Source: Citreicoccus inhibens (GTDB lineage: Bacteria > Myxococcota > Myxococcia > Myxococcales > Myxococcaceae). Taken from it: a stretch of DNA of 32,000 nt. Positions 26,838 through 32,000 of the stretch are shown one piece after another. Both the position numbers and the translations under genes were made by a program. The DNA lies in NCBI RefSeq assembly GCF_019039035.1, contig NZ_JAHNZT010000030.1:78099-110098 (forward strand), in the 5' to 3' direction. The notes beneath the pieces are model-generated. The model was not told the DNA's origin, did no database searches, and saw only the letters and a program-made list of their open reading frames with translations. The number at the start of each line of letters is the position of its first letter. Position 1 is the stretch's first letter.

Positions 26838-29183
26838 GTGGCGGCAGACATCGCGGACATCATCCGGCAGCGCTGGCGCAACCAGTGGAAGCAGATGCTG
26901 GGGGTCGCCCTGGGCGTCACGCTCGTGGCGGCGCTGTGTGGGTGGCGCGGGCTGTTGGATGACGCCGAGCACAGCGCCTACGACAAGGCGCTCACCACGT
27001 ACACCCGCGCGCCCGGCCCGTCCTCGCGCGTGGTGGTGGTGGCCATCGACCAGTCGAGCCTGGATGAGATGGGCCGTGATGAGCAGTACCGCCGCAACTT
27101 CGGCATCTGGCCCTTCAGTCGCAACCTGTGGGCGCGCGTGGTGGAGGAGCTGAAGGCACGCGGCGCGCGCGCGGTCCTCTTCGACGCGGTGATGCAGGAG
27201 GCCTCCACCGACGAGGCCATGGACCTGTCGTTCGCGCAGGTGCTGCGCGACACGCACCTGCCCTTCTACCTGGGCCTCTCCACCCATGGCTCGGCGCTCC
27301 CGCTGCCGCGCGCGGAGGCCACGGCGCCCCAGCCCGTCGCGCCCCCCCCCGCGCCCACCGAGTCCGCGCCCGTCCAGGCCGTACCCGCCGGCGACGAGGA
27401 GTTCACCGACACGCCCGAGCCCACGACGCCCGCCGTAACGCCCGAGGAGCTGGCCCGAGCCCTGGCCTTCCCGGCGCGGCGCGACGACGCGCGGCTCTTG
27501 CCCACGCTGGAGTACGCAGCCAGTGATGGGGCTCGACGCATGCGCTACCCCGTGCCGCCCATCCCCGCCCTGGTCGGCGCGGCGAGCGGCTTCGGCCTGG
27601 TGGACACAGAGGTGGACGCGGACGGCTTCATGCGGCGCACGCGCTTCGCGTACACGGATGGCATCAACACCTACGCCACGCTGCCGACGCGGCTCGCCGC
27701 GGACCTGCTGGGCGCGAAGGAAGTGCGGCTGTCGGGGCGCATGCTCACGCTCGGCGAGCGTCACTTCCGGGTGGACGCGGATGGCAGCGCGGCAATCGAC
27801 TATGGCGGCGCGATGCACGAGCGCTTCCAGTTGGTGCGTCTGGTGGATGTGCTGGAAGACTGGGCGCGACGCCAGCAGGGCCAACCGTCGCGACTGCCTT
27901 CGGACACCTTCACCGGGAAGGTGGTGGTGCTGGGCGGCACCGCGCTGGGCGTCAACGACATCAAGGCCACGCCCTTCTCCGCCGCCGAGCCGGGGCTGGT
28001 GAAGCAAGCCGCCGTGGTGGATGCGCTGCTGGGCGGCGCGTTCATCACCCGCGCGGCGCCCTGGGTGGACCTCACCGTCACCTTCCTGGTGGCACTGGTG
28101 TCCGCGGTGCTGCTGATGACCGCGCGCTGGACGCCGCTGGAGGTGCTCTGGCCCGTGGCCATCTTCTTCGGGCTGCACCTGGTGATGGGGCTCTTCCTGC
28201 GCACCGCGCACACGCACGTGCTCACCGCGATGCCCTCCCTGGCGGGCGTGGGCGCCAGCGTGGGCGCGCTGGCCTTCAATCACTTGCTGGCCAACCGCGA
28301 GGCCGAGTTCATCCGGCAGACGTTCAGCCGCTTCATGGACGCGCGGCTGGTGGACCAGATGCTGAAGGGGCACCAGCTCCCGCGGCTGGACGGCGAGAAC
28401 AAGGAGATCACCGCCTTCTTCAGCGACATCCGCGGCTTCTCCACCTTCAGCGAGCGCTTCAAGGAGGACCCCCGCGCGCTGGCGCGAATCCTCAACACGT
28501 ACCTGACGCGGGTGACGAACGCGCTCCTGCGCGAGGGCGCGTGCCTGGACAAGTACATCGGCGACGCGGTGGTGTGCCTCTTCGGCGCGCCCATGGCGCA
28601 AGCGGACCACGCGGTGCGCGCTTGCCGAGGAGCGCTGGCCGCGAAGGCCGAGGTGGACGCGCTGCGGGAAGAGTTCCGCGCCAGGGGCCTGCCGGACGTC
28701 TACACGCGCATCGGCGTCAACAGCGCGGTCAACTTCGTGGGCAACTTCGGCAGCGAGCAGCACTTCAGCTACACGGCCATTGGTGACGGGATGAACCTGG
28801 CGGCGCGGCTGGAGGGCGCGAACAAGGCCTACGGCTCGCTCATCATGATTGGCCCGCGCACCTATGAGCTGGCGCGCGAGCACATCGAGGTCCGCGAGCT
28901 GGACCGCGTGCGGGTCGCCGGCAAGACCGAAGCCGTCACCGTGTACGAGCTGCTGGCCCTCAAGGGCGGATTGAGCGCGCCGATGCGGCGCACGGTGGAG
29001 GGCTACCACGCGGCGCTCGCGCTCTATCGCGAGGCGCGCTTCGCGGACGCGGTCACCGCGCTCGAGGCGTTGCGGCGCGAGGCCCCCGAGGACGGGCCCA
29101 CGAAAGCGCTGCTGGAGCGCTGCCGCGAGTACTTGGAAAACCCACCCGCGGTGTTCGACGGCGTGGCCAACCTGGAGAAGTGA
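26838..29183 (+). CDS. CHASE2 domain adenylate/guanylate cyclase (class III)
   Basis: N-terminal TM then VVVVAIDQSSLDEMGRDEQ...WPFSRNLWARVVEEL (CHASE2); three TMs; ENKEITAFFSDIRGFSTFSERF and LDKYIGDAVVCLFGAPM (metal Asp motifs) with VNFVGNFGSEQHFSYTAIGDGMNLAARLEG. GTG start at 26838 likely. Confidence 0.92.
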   Translation: MAADIADIIRQRWRNQWKQMLGVALGVTLVAALCGWRGLLDDAEHSAYDKALTTYTRAPGPSSRVVVVAIDQSSLDEMGRDEQYRRNFGIWPFSRNLWARVVEELKARGARAVLFDAVMQEASTDEAMDLSFAQVLRDTHLPFYLGLSTHGSALPLPRAEATAPQPVAPPPAPTESAPVQAVPAGDEEFTDTPEPTTPAVTPEELARALAFPARRDDARLLPTLEYAASDGARRMRYPVPPIPALVGAASGFGLVDTEVDADGFMRRTRFAYTDGINTYATLPTRLAADLLGAKEVRLSGRMLTLGERHFRVDADGSAAIDYGGAMHERFQLVRLVDVLEDWARRQQGQPSRLPSDTFTGKVVVLGGTALGVNDIKATPFSAAEPGLVKQAAVVDALLGGAFITRAAPWVDLTVTFLVALVSAVLLMTARWTPLEVLWPVAIFFGLHLVMGLFLRTAHTHVLTAMPSLAGVGASVGALAFNHLLANREAEFIRQTFSRFMDARLVDQMLKGHQLPRLDGENKEITAFFSDIRGFSTFSERFKEDPRALARILNTYLTRVTNALLREGACLDKYIGDAVVCLFGAPMAQADHAVRACRGALAAKAEVDALREEFRARGLPDVYTRIGVNSAVNFVGNFGSEQHFSYTAIGDGMNLAARLEGANKAYGSLIMIGPRTYELAREHIEVRELDRVRVAGKTEAVTVYELLALKGGLSAPMRRTVEGYHAALALYREARFADAVTALEALRREAPEDGPTKALLERCREYLENPPAVFDGVANLEK

Positions 29184-29208
29184 CGCCGTCCTGGCGTTGG
29201 GGGTCGTG

Positions 29209-29790
29209 ATGCGGATGCGATGGAAGGCAGGCGTGGTGCTGCTGGCGCTGGGGGCGCCCGCCCTCGCGCTGGCGGTGAGTCCCGGCGGTTCGTTGTACGT
29301 GAAGGCCAAGAACACCCGGGTGATGAAGAGCCCGTCGCCCACGGCCGACGCGGTGGTGGTGCTCCAGCCCGGGCAGCAGGTGGTGTGGAACGGCGCGGAG
29401 CCCTCCAACAAGCAGTGGCACAAGGTGACGGCGCCGGGCGGCAAGCAGGGCTTCGTCTTCCAGACCAACCTGTCCACCACGCCGCCGCGCATGGAGCTGG
29501 TGGCCAAGGACGGCAACGCGCGCCAGGTGGACCCCGCGGCGTTCGTCGCCAGCGGCGCGGCGGTGAAGGCCCTGAGCCCCGGCGCCGAGCAGTACAGCAA
29601 GGAGAAGGGCGGCGACTACGCCCAGTCCGCCGAGCAGCTCAAGCAACTGGAGAAGCTGGCGCGCGACATCAAGCCCGCGGCCATCGCCAGGCACGTGACG
29701 GACGCGGAGCTGTTCCCCGTGGTGGGCGGCAGCGAGGTCGCGGGGGCCTCGGGCAGCTCGGCCGCGAAGAAGAAGGGGGGTGCGCGATGA
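29209..29790 (+). CDS. Secreted protein with SH3-like domain
   Basis: Signal peptide MRMRWKAGVVLLALGAPALALA; LYVKAKNTRVMKSPSPTADAVVVLQPGQQVVWNG...WHKVTAPGGKQGFVFQTNLS. Confidence 0.82.
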   Translation: MRMRWKAGVVLLALGAPALALAVSPGGSLYVKAKNTRVMKSPSPTADAVVVLQPGQQVVWNGAEPSNKQWHKVTAPGGKQGFVFQTNLSTTPPRMELVAKDGNARQVDPAAFVASGAAVKALSPGAEQYSKEKGGDYAQSAEQLKQLEKLARDIKPAAIARHVTDAELFPVVGGSEVAGASGSSAAKKKGGAR

Positions 29791-30791
29791 GTCGCCACCT
29801 GTCGGTCATCGTCGCGGCGGTCCTCGGCGGGGCCTCGGCGGGCTGCGCCAACATCGCGCTCAACTCGAGCGCCCTGTCGAGCGGCAGCGCGTTCGCGGGC
29901 CGCGTGATGGAGAACGGCGCCAAGGCGGTGCACGACGCGAGCAAGTGCAATGCGTTCAAGGTCGAGCCGGCGGTGAAGGAGGAGTACGCGCTGGGCGGCG
30001 CGGTGGCCGTGCATTGGGTGCAGCGAGGCGGTGGGCTGCGCCTCAAGGGCAGCGGAGAGCCCGAGGTGAACGTCTACCTCAACACCGTGGGAAAGAACCT
30101 CGCGGCCCAGTCGGAGCGCCCCACCTTGGAGTGGACCTTCGGCGTGCTGGCGGACTCGAAGAACTTCACCGCGCTGTCCTCGCCCGGCGGCTACGTCTTC
30201 GTCACGCACCGACTCCTGGCCGGCGTGCAGAACGAGGCCGAGCTGGCCGGCGTGCTCTCGCACGAGATTGCCCACATCGTGCTCAAGCACGCCATCCACC
30301 AGTACACGAGTTCGAAGGTGAGCCTGTGCAAGGCGCTCGCGGTGGGCAATGCGGTGGGCGGCGCGCTCCTCCCCCCGGCCGTGGTGAGCACGGTGGTGTC
30401 GGGCGGTGACCACGGCACCCTGGACCTGGATGGCAACACGAGCCTCCTGGGCAAGCTGGCCGAGAAGACCATCGACCTGCTCGACAAGGGCAACAGCAAG
30501 GACGAGGAGTTGGAGGCGGACCGCATGGCCGCCCAGCTCATGATGTCCGCGGGCTACGACCCGCGGGCCTTCGTGAGCCTCCTCAAGCGCACGGACGAGG
30601 GCGGCGGCGTCTTCGCCAACCACCCCAAGCGCGACGACCGGGTGGAGAACATCGAGGACTACCTGAAGCAGGTGCGCGCGACGGAGGGGAAGCAGGAGTT
30701 CGCGGGCCTCACCACGCAGGGACTCAAGAGCCCGCCCCTGCCTCACGAGGTCACCGCCCAGCAGGGCGGGGTCGCGCGAGATACGAAGTAG
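29787..30791 (+). CDS. M48 family metallopeptidase, predicted lipoprotein
   Basis: ATGA overlap with the previous gene; AAVLGGASAGCAN lipobox; LAGVLSHEIAHIVLKH (HExxH) and DEELEADRMAAQLMMSAGYDP (downstream Glu ligand). Confidence 0.92.
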   Translation: MSRHLSVIVAAVLGGASAGCANIALNSSALSSGSAFAGRVMENGAKAVHDASKCNAFKVEPAVKEEYALGGAVAVHWVQRGGGLRLKGSGEPEVNVYLNTVGKNLAAQSERPTLEWTFGVLADSKNFTALSSPGGYVFVTHRLLAGVQNEAELAGVLSHEIAHIVLKHAIHQYTSSKVSLCKALAVGNAVGGALLPPAVVSTVVSGGDHGTLDLDGNTSLLGKLAEKTIDLLDKGNSKDEELEADRMAAQLMMSAGYDPRAFVSLLKRTDEGGGVFANHPKRDDRVENIEDYLKQVRATEGKQEFAGLTTQGLKSPPLPHEVTAQQGGVARDTK

Positions 30792-30815
30792 GACGGCCGC
30801 GTCGCCGGGCCGTCC
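30791..30815. terminator. Candidate bidirectional terminator hairpin between convergent genes
   Basis: GGACGGCC-(9 nt)-GGCCGTCC perfect 8-bp stem in the 33-nt convergent gap. Confidence 0.45.
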
Positions 30816-30824
30816 GCGTGCGCG

Positions 30825-32000
30825 TCAGCGCGCGGCGGCCTGGCTGAGCGCCCGGTGCACGGCCTCCAGCGCCTTGCGGGCCTCCAAAAGCTCGGCGCGC
30901 TCGGAGGTGAGCGAGGCCACCTGCTGCGCGAGCACGTCGCGCTCGCCCTGGAGCGTCTCCACGGCGCGGCGCAGGGACGCGGACTCGTCCTTGGCGCCCT
31001 CCAGCTCCGAGGCGAGGCGCTCCTCTTCGGCGAGGCTGTCCGCCAGCGCCTGCTTGCCGCGGACCACCTCGACCTCCAGGCCCTCGTGCTCCTTCGACGC
31101 GGCCTGGAGTGCCTGACGCGACTCCTGGAGGGACAAGAGCGCCTCGTCGCGCTCGCCCTCCAGCGCGGCCAGCTCGCGCTCCAGGTCGGCCAGCAGCTTC
31201 ACGCGGCCTTCCATCTCCGAGGACAACCGGCGCGCCTCGTCCATGCGCAGGCGGGCTTCCTCGGTGGCCTTCTCGGCCTGACGGCGCGAGGCCTCCAGGT
31301 CCTGCGTGAGGGTGAGGTTGAGCGCCTTCACCCGCGTCAGCTCGGCCTGCAGGGTGGTGATGCGCTCCACCGCGCGCTGGCCGGCCTCCGCCACCGTGGC
31401 GGGCAGCGGCTCCGGGCGCGGGTTCTCGCGCACCGCCTTGAGCCGCGCCTTGAGCCGCTCACGCCTCGAGTCCGCGTCCAGGGCCTCCTCGCGCGGCGCG
31501 GCGGGCTGCTGCACCTCCACCTCCGCGGGCGGCGCCTCGGTCCGGGCCACCGTCTCGACACGGGCGGTCACAGCGGTTTGCGCGGGAGCGAAGGTCATCA
31601 TGGGCGCGACCTCGGGGACGGCGGGCGGAGCAGGCACGACCGGATGCGCTTCAGCGGAGCCCCAGGCTGGGGCGGGCGCGGCATACGCCATCGGGGGCTC
31701 GGGCTCGGCCAGCATCGAGGGCGGCGGCGACGCGAACGTGACGGCCATCTCTCGCGCCGGGGCCGCCTCGCGCTCCCAGGTAGGGGCGACGGCGACGGGC
31801 TCCTGCCAGGGCGTCTCGGGGACCTCCCACGACTCGGCGGCCGTGGGCGGAGATACCAGCGCGGACAGCGCGTGGGCCACGGGCGCGGGCATCGTCGGCG
31901 CGGGGGCGGCGGGCTCGGCGGCCCGGGTCAGCAGGGCGGACGGCACGGCCGGCGCGCGCAGGGCGGCCTCCATCGCCTCGGCGGCGGTGGGGCGCGGGGC
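30825..32000 (-). CDS. Ala/Pro-rich protein with long C-terminal coiled coil (5' end probably outside window)
   Basis: Frame open to the window edge; C-terminal heptad-rich region ITTLQAELTRVKALNLTLTQDLEASRRQ...LEAVHRALSQAAAR. Confidence 0.75.
   Translation of the reverse strand, partial: APRPTAAEAMEAALRAPAVPSALLTRAAEPAAPAPTMPAPVAHALSALVSPPTAAESWEVPETPWQEPVAVAPTWEREAAPAREMAVTFASPPPSMLAEPEPPMAYAAPAPAWGSAEAHPVVPAPPAVPEVAPMMTFAPAQTAVTARVETVARTEAPPAEVEVQQPAAPREEALDADSRRERLKARLKAVRENPRPEPLPATVAEAGQRAVERITTLQAELTRVKALNLTLTQDLEASRRQAEKATEEARLRMDEARRLSSEMEGRVKLLADLERELAALEGERDEALLSLQESRQALQAASKEHEGLEVEVVRGKQALADSLAEEERLASELEGAKDESASLRRAVETLQGERDVLAQQVASLTSERAELLEARKALEAVHRALSQAAAR

Noticed and set aside
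26748-29600. 950-aa minus-strand ORF opposite the cyclase
   Set aside because: Antisense to well-supported CHASE2/cyclase motifs; low-complexity Arg/Gln/Val/His pattern typical of shadow ORFs.
1-32000. CRISPR array / type III-E gRAMP genes that would explain the CHAT protein
   Set aside because: No regularly spaced direct repeats and no Cas-like ORFs noticed, so the CHAT cassette is not visibly CRISPR-associated here.
1-32000. Mobile element, prophage or island boundaries, and tRNA/rRNA genes
   Set aside because: No transposase/integrase motifs, terminal repeats, or RNA gene signatures were seen; composition looks uniform chromosomal. A tRNAscan/Infernal run would be needed to be certain.

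Overview
High-GC window that looks like a Myxococcota (Myxococcus/Corallococcus-type) chromosome. It is densely coding, with 25 supportable ORFs and no rRNA, tRNA, CRISPR array, transposase or phage genes. From left to right: partial ribonuclease Z; lipoprotein; NDH-2-like flavoprotein; amidohydrolase lipoprotein; divergent LysR/MFS pair around a perfect inverted repeat; DUF4139-type protein; small alpha-beta barrel protein; ohrR-ohr peroxide operon with a recognisable tandem OhrR-type operator; HipA-like kinase + DUF3037-like pair; endonuclease/exonuclease/phosphatase protein; protein with a C-terminal J-domain; M1 aminopeptidase with a HEAT-like tail; M13 metallopeptidase; multi-PAS histidine kinase; 55-aa ORF; three-gene cassette (ECF sigma factor, anti-sigma zinc finger/TM/TPR-like/CHAT protease fusion, lipoprotein); divergent TspO; DUF924; CHASE2 adenylate/guanylate cyclase; SH3-like protein; M48 metalloprotease lipoprotein; and a coiled-coil protein running off the window. 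The strongest novelty candidate is the cassette at about 20.9-25.3 kb. A membrane anti-sigma factor is fused to a TPR-CHAT caspase-like protease with apparently intact His/Cys residues, directly downstream of its ECF sigma factor and followed by a lipoprotein. The logic resembles the Csx29/Csx30/sigma module of type III-E CRISPR, but with protease and anti-sigma in one polypeptide.
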